Shown: positions 50,720 to 63,771 of the stretch, in pieces
Numbering within the stretch: the first letter of the stretch is position 1
Layout of the letters: the number at the start of each line of letters is the position of its first letter
NCBI GenBank assembly: GCA_965202585.1
Contig: OZ241826.1
Coordinates: 91,388,001 to 91,452,000, forward strand
From: Thalia democratica
Lineage: Eukaryota
DNA: 64,000 nucleotides
Reading direction: 5' to 3'
Made by a program: the position numbers and the translations under genes
The notes under the pieces: model-generated
Seen by the model: only the letters and a program-made list of their open reading frames with translations
What the model was told of the DNA's origin: nothing
Databases searched by the model: none

Positions 50720-51229
50720 CTAGTTTAGTTGAAATATTAAGAGTTTATGAAGTAAAATAACGATACGAGTTGCATGGAAGCTGAAAAAACAAAAAATACT
50801 GATTAAATTTAGAAACATTCACTTTCTTTTCGTTTTGGTGTCGAACTGAATTTTCAGCATCTTCATGATCAGGTTCCTGTTGCTCATCTTCTTCAGGTTC
50901 TTGCTCAGCTTCTTGTAAAACGTCAGCTCGCCGTTCCGAGACTCGTAGTAGCGGTTGAGCAGGGCGAGAACGGACAGGCCGAGCATGCACACGGTGAACA
51001 CCACGCACACGATCATGCACACGACGAAGAACACTTCGAAGTCTAAAAAGTCCGTTATCTTCGTCGCATCCCTACTTCCAGTCATGACCATGTGTCTCAG
51101 CTGGTCGTCGAGCTTTTTCTTCGTGTTCTCGTCCTGGAGAGATATGTCGAAAAGTGTCGACCTCATCATTTGTTTCAACTGCGCCACTCCGCTGCATCTG
51201 CGGCTTGATCTTGCGTTTACCAAAATCAT
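50720..51229 (-). CDS. Copy 43 (B), 155 aa spliced model
   Basis: As copy 42. Confidence 0.65.
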
Positions 51230-51907
51230 TAAAATTGTGTCTGAAAATTTGCATAAATCTCTTCTTTTCGAATAATTTCGCTCTCTCCTTCTTAATTTTT
51301 GCACACAAATTCACACCTCCAACCGAACTGACGCGTATATATACGAGCTTCGGCATGGACGCTTTGATGAGAAAAAAAGAGGCGTTCAGCATTATCGGTA
51401 AAAACACGGCCTCCAAACAGTGACGAAACGCATTGATTACTTATGTGTCTAAATATGTTTGTATACAAAGGTAAAATCAACAGACAATAGCGACTTAGCG
51501 ACTTGGCGTACTTGGCCATACTAGCACATTAGATGTCTTATTGTAAGCTTTTTAACTAAGAACAGATAAAATTTTAACGCTGTGAGTTTATTGAAAATAA
51601 ATACGACTTACGCGCAAAATAAAAAAACAGAAACAGTTATACAAATTTAAAAACATTCACTTTATTTTATTTTTTCAAACTTTTAACTTAAAACTTTCAA
51701 GCAAAAAATTTAAACTTGTGATTTAGGTTTATTGTGTTTTGCTTTTATAAATAAGAATAAACAGTTAAATTGAAGTTTAAAATAATTTTTTTAATAAAAA
51801 AACTATAAAATACGCAAACGTTTTGTGCAAATAATTGCCAGTTTATAGTATGATGATATAGTTGCAAATTGTTTATTGAGAATAAAAGAAAATTGGGCTT
51901 CATGCAG

Positions 51908-52444
51908 TTAGTTTAGTTGAAACATTAAAAGTTTATGAAGTAAAATAACGATACGAGTTGCATGGAAGCTGAAAAAACAAAAAATACTGATTAAATTTAG
52001 AAACATTCACTTTCTTTTCGTTTTGGTGTCGAACTGAATTTTCAGCATCTTCATGATCAGGTTCCTGTTGCTCATCTTCTTCAGGTTCTTGCTCAGCTTC
52101 TTGTAAAACGTCAGCTCGCCGTTCCGAGACTCGTAGTAGCGGTTGAGCAGGGCGAGAACGGACAGGCCGAGCATGCACACGGTGAACACCACGCACACGA
52201 TCATGCACGCGACGAAGAACACTTCGAAGTCTAAAAAGTCCGTTATCTTCGTCGCGTCCCTACTTGCAGTCATGACCATGTGTCTCAGCTGGTTCTCGAG
52301 CTTTTTCTTCGTGTGCTCGTCCTGGAGAGATATGTCGAAAAGTGTCGACCTCATCATTTGTTTCAACTGCGCCACTCCGCTGCAACTTCGGCTTGATCTT
52401 GCGTTTACCAAAATCATTAAAAAATTGTTTCCGCAAATTTGCAT
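51908..52444 (-). CDS. Copy 44 (C): 164 aa from MQICGNNFL or 155 aa from MILV (52417); LENQ/TASRD variants
   Basis: Both upstream ATGs in frame. Confidence 0.63.
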
Positions 52445-53097
52445 AAATCTCTTCTTTTCGAATAATTTCGCTCTCTCCTTCTTAATTTTTGCACACAAAT
52501 TCACACCTCCAACCGAACTGACGCGTATATATACGAGCTTCGGCATGGACACTTTGATGAGAAAAAAAGAGGCGTTCAGCATTATCGGTAAAAACACGGC
52601 CTCCAAACAGTGACGAAACGCATTGATTACTTATGTGTCTAAATATGTTTGTATACAAAGGTAAAATCAACAGACAATAGCGACTTAGCGACTTGGCCAT
52701 ACTAGCACATTAGATGTCTTATTGTAAGTTTTTTTAACTAAGAACAGATAAAGTTTAAACACTGCGAGTTTATTGAAAATAAATACGACTTACATGCAAA
52801 ATAAAAAAACAAGAAACAGTTATACAAATTTAGAAACATTTACTTTTTTTTATTTTTTTCAAACTTTAAACTTGAAACTTTCAAGCAAAAAATTTAAACC
52901 TGTGATTTAGGTTTTTTATGTTTTGTATTTATAAATAACAACAAATTGTTAAACTGAAGTGTTAAAAAGGTTGTTAAAAATAATAAATTATAAAATACGC
53001 AAACGTTTTGAGCAATTAATTGCCAGTTTATAGTATGATGATAAAGTTGCCAGTTGTTTATTGAGAATAAAAGGTAATTGAGCTTCATGCAATTAGT

Positions 53098-53601
53098 TTA
53101 GTTAAATATTAAGAGTCTATGAAGTAAAATAACAAAAAGAGTTGCATGGAAGCTGAAAAAACAAAAAATACTGATTAAATTTAGAAACGTTCACTTTCTT
53201 TTCGTTTTGGTGTCGAACTGAATTTTCAGCATCTTCATGATCAGGTTCCTGTTGCTCATCTTCTTCAGGTTCTTGCTCAGCTTCTTGTAAAACGTCAGCT
53301 CGCCGTTCCGAGACTCGTAGTAGCGGTTGAGCAGGGCGAGAACGGACAGGCCGAGCATGCACACGGTGAACACCACGCACACGATCATGCACGCGACGAA
53401 GAACACTTCGAAGTCTAAAAAGTCCGTTATCTTCGTCGCGTCCCTACTTGCAGTCATGACCATGTGTCTCAGCTGGTCGTCGAGCTTTTTCTTCGTGTTC
53501 TCGTCCTGGAGAGATATGTCGAAAAGTGTCGACCTCATCATTTGTTTCAACTGCGCCACTCCGCTGCAACTTCGGCTTGATCTTGCGTTTACCAAAATCA
53601 T
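53098..53601 (-). CDS. Copy 45 (C), 153 aa spliced model (tail FHATLFVILLHRLLIFN)
   Basis: 1-nt deletion near end of terminal exon shortens tail by 2 aa. Confidence 0.63.
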
Positions 53602-54280
53602 TAAAAATTGTGTCTGAAAATTTGCATAAATCTCTTCTTTTCGAATAATTTCGCTCTCTCCTTCTTAATTTTTGCACACAAATTCACACCTCCAACCGAA
53701 CTGACGCGTATATATACGAGCTTCGGCATGGACACTTTGATGAGAAAAAAAGAGGCGTTTAGCATTATCGGTAAAAACACGGCCTCCAAACAGTGACGAA
53801 ACGCATTGATTACTTATGTGTCTAAATATGTTTGTATACAAAGGTAAAATCAACAGACAATAGCGACTTAGCGACTTGGCCATACTAGCACATTAGATGT
53901 CTTATTGTAAGTTTTTTAACTAAGAACAGATAAAATTTAAACACTGTGAGTTTATTGAAAAGAAAATACGACTTACATGCAAAATAAAAAAACAAGAAAC
54001 AGTTATACAAATTTAGAAACATTTACTTTTTTTTATTTTTTTCAAACTTTAAACTTGAAACTTTCAAGCAAAAAATTTAAACCTGTGATTTAGGTTTTTT
54101 GTGTTTTGTATTTATAAATAACAACAAATTGTTAAACTGAAGTATTAAAAAGGTTGTTAAAAATAATAAATTATAAAATACGCAAACGTTTTGAGCAATT
54201 AATTGCCAGTTTATAGTATGATGATAAAGTTGCCAGTTGTTTATTGAGAATAAAAGGTAATTGAGCTTCATGCAATTAGT

Positions 54281-54811
54281 TTAGTTAAATATTAAGAGTC
54301 TATGAAGTAAAATAACAAAAAGAGTTGCATGGAAGCTGAAAAAACAAAAAATACTGATTAAATTTAGAAACGTTCACTTTCTTTTCGTTTTGGTGTCGAA
54401 CTGAATTTTCAGCATCTTCATGATCAGGTTCCTGTTGCTCATCTTCTTCAGGTTCTTGCTCAGCTTCTTGTAAAACGTCAGCTCGCCGTTCCGAGACTCG
54501 TAGTAGCGGTTGAGCAGGGCGAGAACGGACAGGCCGAGCATGCACACGGTGAACACCACGCACACGATCATACACGCGACGAAGAACACTTCGAAGTCTA
54601 AAAAGTCCGTTATCTTCGTCGCCTCCCTGCTTTCAGTCATGACCATGTGTCTCAGCTGGTCGTCGAGCTTTTTCTTCGTGTTCTCGTCCTGGAGAGATAT
54701 GTCGAAAAGTGTCGACCTCATCATTTGTTTCAGCTGCGCCACTCCGCTGCAACTTCGGCTTGATATTGCGTTTACCAAAATCATTAAAAAATTGTTTCCG
54801 CAAATTTGCAT
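54281..54811 (-). CDS. Copy 46 (D): 162 aa from MQICG or 153 aa from MILV (54784)
   Basis: Most diverged upstream region; core frame intact. Confidence 0.63.
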
Positions 54812-55464
54812 AAATCTCTTCTTTTCGAATAACTTCGCTCTCTCCTTCTTAATTTTTGCACAAAAATTCACACCTCCAACCGAACTGACGCGTATATATA
54901 CGAGCTTCTGCATGGAGACCTTGATAAGAAAAGAAGAGGCGTTCAGCATTAGCGATAAATACACGGCCTCCAAACAGTGACGAAACGCATTGATTTCTTA
55001 TGTGATTAATATATTTATATACAAAGGTAAAATCAACAGACAATTGCGACTTAGCGACTTGGCGTACTTGGCCATAATAGCACATTAGATGTCTTATTGT
55101 AAGTTTTTTTAACTAAGAACAGATAAAATTTAAACACTGTGAGTTTATTGTAAAAAAAAAACGACTTACATGCAAGATTAAAAACAGAAACAATTATACA
55201 AATTAAGAAACATTCACTTTCTTTTATTTTTTAAAGTTTTTACTTGAAACTTTCAAGCAAAAAATTTAAACCTGTGATTTAGGTTTTTTGTGTTTTGCTT
55301 TTATAAATAACAATAAATTATCAAACTGAAGTATTAAAAAAGTTGTTAAAAATAAAAAAGTACAAAATACGCAAACGTTTTGTGCAAATAATTGCCAGTT
55401 TATAGTATGATGATATAGTTGCGAATTGTTTATTGAGAATAAAAGAAAATTGGGCTTCATGCAG

Positions 55465-55972
55465 TTAGTTTAGTTGAAATTTTAAGAGTTTATGAAGTAA
55501 AAGAACTATACGAGTTGCATGAAAGCTAAAAAAAAAACTTTTCAATCGAATTTAGAAACGTTCACTTTCTTTTCGTTTTGGTGTCGAACTGAATTTTCAG
55601 CATCTTCATGATCAGGTTCCTGTTGCTCATCTTCTTCAGGTTCTTGCTCAGCTTCTTGTAAAACGTCAGCTCGCCGTTCCGAGACTCGTAGTAGCGGTTG
55701 AGCAGGGCGAGAACGGACAGGCCGAGCATGCACACGGTGAACACCACGCACACGATCATGCACACGACGAAGAACACTTCGAAGTCTAAAAAGTCAGTTA
55801 TCTTCGTCGCGTCCCTGCTTCCAGTCATGACCATGTGTCTCAGCTGGTCGTCGAGCTTTTTCTTCGTGTTCTCGTCCTGGAGAGATATGTCGAAAAGTGT
55901 CGACCTCATCATTTGTTTCAACTGCGCCACTCCGCTGCATCTGCGGCTTGATCTTGCGTTTACCAAAATCAT
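55465..55972 (-). CDS. Copy 47 (B body, D-type 3' end), 155 aa spliced model, 40-nt intron 55526-55565
   Basis: GTGAAC...TTTTTAG intron; terminal exon differs by TTC>TTT, ATC>ATA, ATT>CTT. Confidence 0.65.
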
Positions 55973-56650
55973 TAAAATTGTGTCTGAAAATTTGCATAAA
56001 TCTCTTCTTTTCGAATAATTTCGCTCTCTCCTTCTTAATTTTTGCACACAAATTCACACCTCCAACCGAACTGACGCGTATATATACGAGCTTCGGCATG
56101 GACGCTTTGATGAGAATAAAAGAGGCGTTCAGCATTATCGGTAAAAACACGGCCTCCAAACAGTGACGAAACGCATTGATTACTTATGTGTCTAAATATG
56201 TTTGTATACAAAGGTAAAATCAACAGACAATAGCGACTTAGCGACTTGGCGTACTTGGCCATACTAGCACATTAGATGTCTTATTGTAAGCTTTTTAACT
56301 AAGAACAGATAAAATTTTAACGCTGTGAGTTTATTGAAAATAAATACGACTTAAGCGCAAAATAAAAAAACAGAAACAGTTATACAAATTTAAAAACATT
56401 CACTTTATTTTATTTTTTCAAACTTTTAACTTAAAACTTTCAAGCAAAAAATTTAAACTTGTGATTTAGGTTTATTGTGTTTTGCTTTTATAAATAAGAA
56501 TAAACAGTTAAATTGAAGTTTAAAATAATTTTTTTAATAAAAAAACTATAAAATACGCAAACGTTTTGTGCAAATAATTGCCAGTTTATAGTATGATGAT
56601 ATAGTTGCGAATTGTTTATTGAGAATAAAAGAAAATTGGGCTTCATGCAG

Positions 56651-57160
56651 TTAGTTTAGTTGAAACATTAAAAGTTTATGAAGTAAAATAACGATACGAG
56701 TTGCATAGAAGCTGAAAAAACAAAAAATACTGATTAGATTTAGAAACATTCACTTTCTTTTCGTTTTGGTGTCAAACTGAATTTTCAGCATCTTCATGAT
56801 CAGGTTCCTGTTGCTCATCTTCTTCAGGTTCTTGCTCAGCTTCTTGTAAAACGTCAGCTCGCCGTTCCGAGACTCGTAGTAGCGGTTGAGCAGGGCGAGA
56901 ACGGACAGGCCGAGCATGCACACGGTGAACACCACGCACACGATCATGCACACGACGAAGAACACTTCGAAGTCTAAAAAGTCCGTTATCTTCGTCGCAT
57001 CCCTACTTCCAGTCATGACCATGTGTCTCAGCTGGTCGTCGAGCTTTTTCTTCGTGTTCTCGTCCTGGAGAGATATGTCGAAAAGTGTCGACCTCATCAT
57101 TTGTTTCAACTGCGCCACTCCGCTGCATCTGCGGCTTGATCTTGCGTTTACCAAAATCAT
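56651..57160 (-). CDS. Copy 48 (B), 155 aa spliced model
   Basis: As copy 40. Confidence 0.65.
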
Positions 57161-57838
57161 TAAAATTGTGTCTGAAAATTTGCATAAATCTCTTCTTTTC
57201 GAATAATTTCGCTCTCTCCTTCTTAATTTTTGCACACAAATTCACACCTCCAACCGAACTGACGCGTATATATACGAGCTTCGGCATGGACGCTTTGATG
57301 AGAAAAAAAGAGGCGTTCAGCATTATCGGTAAAAACACGGCCTCCAAACAGTGACGAAACGCATTGATTACTTATGTGTCTAAATATGTTTGTATACAAA
57401 GGTAAAATCAACAGACAATAGCGACTTAGCGACTTGGCGTACTTGGCCATACTAGCACATTAGATGTCTTATTGTAAGCTTTTTAACTAAGAACAGATAA
57501 AATTTTAACGCTGTGAGTTTATTGAAAATAAATACGACTTACGCGCAAAATAAAAAAACAGAAACAGTTATACAAATTTAAAAACATTCACTTTATTTTA
57601 TTTTTTCAAACTTTTAACTTAAAACTTTCAAGCAAAAAATTTAAACTTGTGATTTAGGTTTATTGTGTTTTGCTTTTATAAATAAGAATAAACAGTTAAA
57701 TTGAAGTTTAAAATAATTTTTTTAATAAAAAAACTATAAAATACGCAAACGTTTTGTGCAAATAATTGCCAGTTTATAGTATGATGATATAGTTGCGAAT
57801 TGTTTATTGAGAATAAAAGAAAATTGGGCTTCATGCAG

Positions 57839-58348
57839 TTAGTTTAGTTGAAATATTAAAAGTTTATGAAGTAAAATAACGATACGAGTTGCATAGAAGC
57901 TGAAAAAACAAAAAATACTGATTAGATTTAGAAACATTCACTTTCTTTTCGTTTTGGTGTCAAACTGAATTTTCAGCATCTTCATGATCAGGTTCCTGTT
58001 GCTCATCTTCTTCAGGTTCTTGCTCAGCTTCTTGTAAAACGTCAGCTCGCCGTTCCGAGACTCGTAGTAGCGGTTGAGCAGGGCGAGAACGGACAGGCCG
58101 AGCATGCACACGGTGAACACCACGCACACGATCATGCACACGACGAAGAACACTTCGAAGTCTAAAAAGTCCGTTATCTTCGTCGCATCCCTACTTCCAG
58201 TCATGACCATGTGTCTCAGCTGGTCGTCGAGCTTTTTCTTCGTGTTCTCGTCCTGGAGAGATATGTCGAAAAGTGTCGACCTCATCATTTGTTTCAACTG
58301 CGCCACTCCGCTGCATCTGCGGCTTGATCTTGCGTTTACCAAAATCAT
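57839..58348 (-). CDS. Copy 49 (B), 155 aa spliced model
   Basis: As copy 41. Confidence 0.65.
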
Positions 58349-59026
58349 TAAAATTGTGTCTGAAAATTTGCATAAATCTCTTCTTTTCGAATAATTTCGC
58401 TCTCTCCTTCTTAATTTTTGCACACAAATTCACACCTCCAACCGAACTGACGCGTATATATACGAGCTTCGGCATGGACGCTTTGATGAGAAAAAAAGAG
58501 GCGTTCAGCATTATCGGTAAAAACACGGCCTCCAAACAGTGACGAAACGCATTGATTACTTATGTGTCTAAATACGTTTGTATACAAAGGTAAAATCAAC
58601 AGACAATAGCGACTTAGCGACTTGGCGTACTTGGCCATACTAGCACATTAGATGTCTTATTGTAAGCTTTTTAACTAAGAACAGATAAAATTTTAACGCT
58701 GTGAGTTTATTGAAAATAAATACGACTTACGCGCAAAATAAAAAAACAGAAACAGTTATACAAATTTAAAAACATTCACTTTATTTTATTTTTTCAAACT
58801 TTTAACTTAAAACTTTCAAGCAAAAAATTTAAACTTGTGATTTAGGTTTATTGTGTTTTGCTTTTATAAATAAGAATAAACAGTTAAATTGAAGTTTAAA
58901 ATAATTTTTTTAATAAAAAAACTATAAAATACGCAAACGTTTTGTGCAAATAATTGCCAGTTTATAGTATGATGATATAGTTGCGAATTGTTTATTGAGA
59001 ATAAAATAAAATTGGGCTTCATGCAA

Positions 59027-59536
59027 CTAGTTTAGTTGAAATATTAAGAGTTTATGAAGTAAAATAACGATACGAGTTGCATGGAAGCTGAAAAAACAAA
59101 AAATACTGATTAAATTTAGAAACATTCACTTTCTTTTCGTTTTGGTGTCGAACTGAATTTTCAGCATCTTCATGATCAGGTTCCTGTTGCTCATCTTCTT
59201 CAGGTTCTTGCTCAGCTTCTTGTAAAACGTCAGCTCGCCGTTCCGAGACTCGTAGTAGCGGTTGAGCAGGGCGAGAACGGACAGGCCGAGCATGCACACG
59301 GTGAACACCACGCACACGATCATGCACACGACGAAGAACACTTCGAAGTCTAAAAAGTCCGTTATCTTCGTCGCATCCCTACTTCCAGTCATGACCATGT
59401 GTCTCAGCTGGTCGTCGAGCTTTTTCTTCGTGTTCTCGTCCTGGAGAGATATGTCGAAAAGTGTCGACCTCATCATTTGTTTCAACTGCGCCACTCCGCT
59501 GCATCTGCGGCTTGATCTTGCGTTTACCAAAATCAT
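59027..59536 (-). CDS. Copy 50 (B), 155 aa spliced model
   Basis: Higher-order duplicate of copy 43. Confidence 0.65.
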
Positions 59537-60214
59537 TAAAATTGTGTCTGAAAATTTGCATAAATCTCTTCTTTTCGAATAATTTCGCTCTCTCCTTCTT
59601 AATTTTTGCACACAAATTCACACCTCCAACCGAACTGACGCGTATATATACGAGCTTCGGCATGGACGCTTTGATGAGAAAAAAAGAGGCGTTCAGCATT
59701 ATCGGTAAAAACACGGCCTCCAAACAGTGACGAAACGCATTGATTACTTATGTGTCTAAATATGTTTGTATACAAAGGTAAAATCAACAGACAATAGCGA
59801 CTTAGCGACTTGGCGTACTTGGCCATACTAGCACATTAGATGTCTTATTGTAAGCTTTTTAACTAAGAACAGATAAAATTTTAACGCTGTGAGTTTATTG
59901 AAAATAAATACGACTTACGCGCAAAATAAAAAAACAGAAACAGTTATACAAATTTAAAAACATTCACTTTATTTTATTTTTTCAAACTTTTAACTTAAAA
60001 CTTTCAAGCAAAAAATTTAAACTTGTGATTTAGGTTTATTGTGTTTTGCTTTTATAAATAAGAATAAACAGTTAAATTGAAGTTTAAAATAATTTTTTTA
60101 ATAAAAAAACTATAAAATACGCAAACGTTTTGTGCAAATAATTGCCAGTTTATAGTATGATGATATAGTTGCAAATTGTTTATTGAGAATAAAAGAAAAT
60201 TGGGCTTCATGCAG

Positions 60215-60751
60215 TTAGTTTAGTTGAAACATTAAAAGTTTATGAAGTAAAATAACGATACGAGTTGCATGGAAGCTGAAAAAACAAAAAATACTGATTA
60301 AATTTAGAAACATTCACTTTCTTTTCGTTTTGGTGTCGAACTGAATTTTCAGCATCTTCATGATCAGGTTCCTGTTGCTCATCTTCTTCAGGTTCTTGCT
60401 CAGCTTCTTGTAAAACGTCAGCTCGCCGTTCCGAGACTCGTAGTAGCGGTTGAGCAGGGCGAGAACGGACAGGCCGAGCATGCACACGGTGAACACCACG
60501 CACACGATCATGCACGCGACGAAGAACACTTCGAAGTCTAAAAAGTCCGTTATCTTCGTCGCGTCCCTACTTGCAGTCATGACCATGTGTCTCAGCTGGT
60601 TCTCGAGCTTTTTCTTCGTGTGCTCGTCCTGGAGAGATATGTCGAAAAGTGTCGACCTCATCATTTGTTTCAACTGCGCCACTCCGCTGCAACTTCGGCT
60701 TGATCTTGCGTTTACCAAAATCATTAAAAAATTGTTTCCGCAAATTTGCAT
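60215..60751 (-). CDS. Copy 51 (C), higher-order duplicate of copy 44
   Basis: Offset 8307. Confidence 0.63.
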
Positions 60752-61404
60752 AAATCTCTTCTTTTCGAATAATTTCGCTCTCTCCTTCTTAATTTTTGCA
60801 CACAAATTCACACCTCCAACCGAACTGACGCGTATATATACGAGCTTCGGCATGGACACTTTGATGAGAAAAAAAGAGGCGTTCAGCATTATCGGTAAAA
60901 ACACGGCCTCCAAACAGTGACGAAACGCATTGATTACTTATGTGTCTAAATATGTTTGTATACAAAGGTAAAATCAACAGACAATAGCGACTTAGCGACT
61001 TGGCCATACTAGCACATTAGATGTCTTATTGTAAGTTTTTTTAACTAAGAACAGATAAAGTTTAAACACTGCGAGTTTATTGAAAATAAATACGACTTAC
61101 ATGCAAAATAAAAAAACAAGAAACAGTTATACAAATTTAGAAACATTTACTTTTTTTTATTTTTTTCAAACTTTAAACTTGAAACTTTCAAGCAAAAAAT
61201 TTAAACCTGTGATTTAGGTTTTTTATGTTTTGTATTTATAAATAACAACAAATTGTTAAACTGAAGTGTTAAAAAGGTTGTTAAAAATAATAAATTATAA
61301 AATACGCAAACGTTTTGAGCAATTAATTGCCAGTTTATAGTATGATGATAAAGTTGCCAGTTGTTTATTGAGAATAAAAGGTAATTGAGCTTCATGCAAT
61401 TAGT

Positions 61405-61908
61405 TTAGTTAAATATTAAGAGTCTATGAAGTAAAATAACAAAAAGAGTTGCATGGAAGCTGAAAAAACAAAAAATACTGATTAAATTTAGAAACGTTCA
61501 CTTTCTTTTCGTTTTGGTGTCGAACTGAATTTTCAGCATCTTCATGATCAGGTTCCTGTTGCTCATCTTCTTCAGGTTCTTGCTCAGCTTCTTGTAAAAC
61601 GTCAGCTCGCCGTTCCGAGACTCGTAGTAGCGGTTGAGCAGGGCGAGAACGGACAGGCCGAGCATGCACACGGTGAACACCACGCACACGATCATGCACG
61701 CGACGAAGAACACTTCGAAGTCTAAAAAGTCCGTTATCTTCGTCGCGTCCCTACTTGCAGTCATGACCATGTGTCTCAGCTGGTCGTCGAGCTTTTTCTT
61801 CGTGTTCTCGTCCTGGAGAGATATGTCGAAAAGTGTCGACCTCATCATTTGTTTCAACTGCGCCACTCCGCTGCAACTTCGGCTTGATCTTGCGTTTACC
61901 AAAATCAT
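61405..61908 (-). CDS. Copy 52 (C), higher-order duplicate of copy 45
   Basis: Offset 8307. Confidence 0.63.
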
Positions 61909-62587
61909 TAAAAATTGTGTCTGAAAATTTGCATAAATCTCTTCTTTTCGAATAATTTCGCTCTCTCCTTCTTAATTTTTGCACACAAATTCACACCTCC
62001 AACCGAACTGACGCGTATATATACGAGCTTCGGCATGGACACTTTGATGAGAAAAAAAGAGGCGTTCAGCATTATCGGTAAAAACACGGCCTCCAAACAG
62101 TGACGAAACGCATTGATTACTTATGTGTCTAAATATGTTTGGATACAAAGGTAAAATCAACAGACAATAGCGACTTAGCGACTTGGCCATACTAGCACAT
62201 TAGATGTCTTATTGTAAGTTTTTTAACTAAGAACAGATAAAATTTAAACACTGTGAGTTTATTGAAAAGAAAATACGACTTACATGCAAAATAAAAAAAC
62301 AAGAAACAGTTATACAAATTTAGAAACATTTACTTTTTTTTATTTTTTTCAAACTTTAAACTTGAAACTTTCAAGCAAAAAATTTAAACCTGTGATTTAG
62401 GTTTTTTGTGTTTTGTATTTATAAATAACAACAAATTGTTAAACTGAAGTATTAAAAAGGTTGTTAAAAATAATAAATTATAAAATACGCAAACGTTTTG
62501 AGCAATTAATTGCCAGTTTATAGTATGATGATAAAGTTGCCAGTTGTTTATTGAGAATAAAAGGTAATTGAGCTTCATGCAATTAGT

Positions 62588-63118
62588 TTAGTTAAATATT
62601 AAGAGTCTATGAAGTAAAATAACAAAAAGAGTTGCATGGAAGCTGAAAAAACAAAAAATACTGATTAAATTTAGAAACGTTCACTTTCTTTTCGTTTTGG
62701 TGTCGAACTGAATTTTCAGCATCTTCATGATCAGGTTCCTGTTGCTCATCTTCTTCAGGTTCTTGCTCAGCTTCTTGTAAAACGTCAGCTCGCCGTTCCG
62801 AGACTCGTAGTAGCGGTTGAGCAGGGCGAGAACGGACAGGCCGAGCATGCACACGGTGAACACCACGCACACGATCATACACGCGACGAAGAACACTTCG
62901 AAGTCTAAAAAGTCCGTTATCTTCGTCGCCTCCCTGCTTTCAGTCATGACCATGTGTCTCAGCTGGTCGTCGAGCTTTTTCTTCGTGTTCTCGTCCTGGA
63001 GAGATATGTCGAAAAGTGTCGACCTCATCATTTGTTTCAGCTGCGCCACTCCGCTGCAACTTCGGCTTGATATTGCGTTTACCAAAATCATTAAAAAATT
63101 GTTTCCGCAAATTTGCAT
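62588..63118 (-). CDS. Copy 53 (D), higher-order duplicate of copy 46
   Basis: Offset 8307. Confidence 0.63.
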
Positions 63119-63771
63119 AAATCTCTTCTTTTCGAATAACTTCGCTCTCTCCTTCTTAATTTTTGCACAAAAATTCACACCTCCAACCGAACTGACGCGT
63201 ATATATACGAGCTTCTGCATGGAGACCTTGATAAGAAAAGAAGAGGCGTTCAGCATTAGCGATAAATACACGGCCTCCAAACAGTGACGAAACGCATTGA
63301 TTTCTTATGTGATTAATATATTTATATACAAAGGTAAAATCAACAGACAATTGCGACTTAGCGACTTGGCGTACTTGGCCATAATAGCACATTAGATGTC
63401 TTATTGTAAGTTTTTTTAACTAAGAACAGATAAAATTTAAACACTGTGAGTTTATTGTAAAAAAAAAACGACTTACATGCAAGATTAAAAACAGAAACAA
63501 TTATACAAATTAAGAAACATTCACTTTCTTTTATTTTTTAAACTTTTTACTTGAAACTTTCAAGCAAAAAATTTAAACCTGTGATTTAGGTTTTTTGTGT
63601 TTTGCTTTTATAAATAACAATAAATTATCAAACTGAAGTATTAAAAAAGTTGTTAAAAATAAAAAAGTACAAAATACGCAAACGTTTTGTGCAAATAATT
63701 GCCAGTTTATAGTATGATGATATAGTTGCGAATTGTTTATTGAGAATAAAAGAAAATTGGGCTTCATGCAG

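Noticed and set aside
52894-53088. 64-aa ORF in C/D spacers (also 54077, 55266, 61201, 62384, 63573)
   Set aside because: Low-complexity AT-rich 3' flank, absent from A and B units
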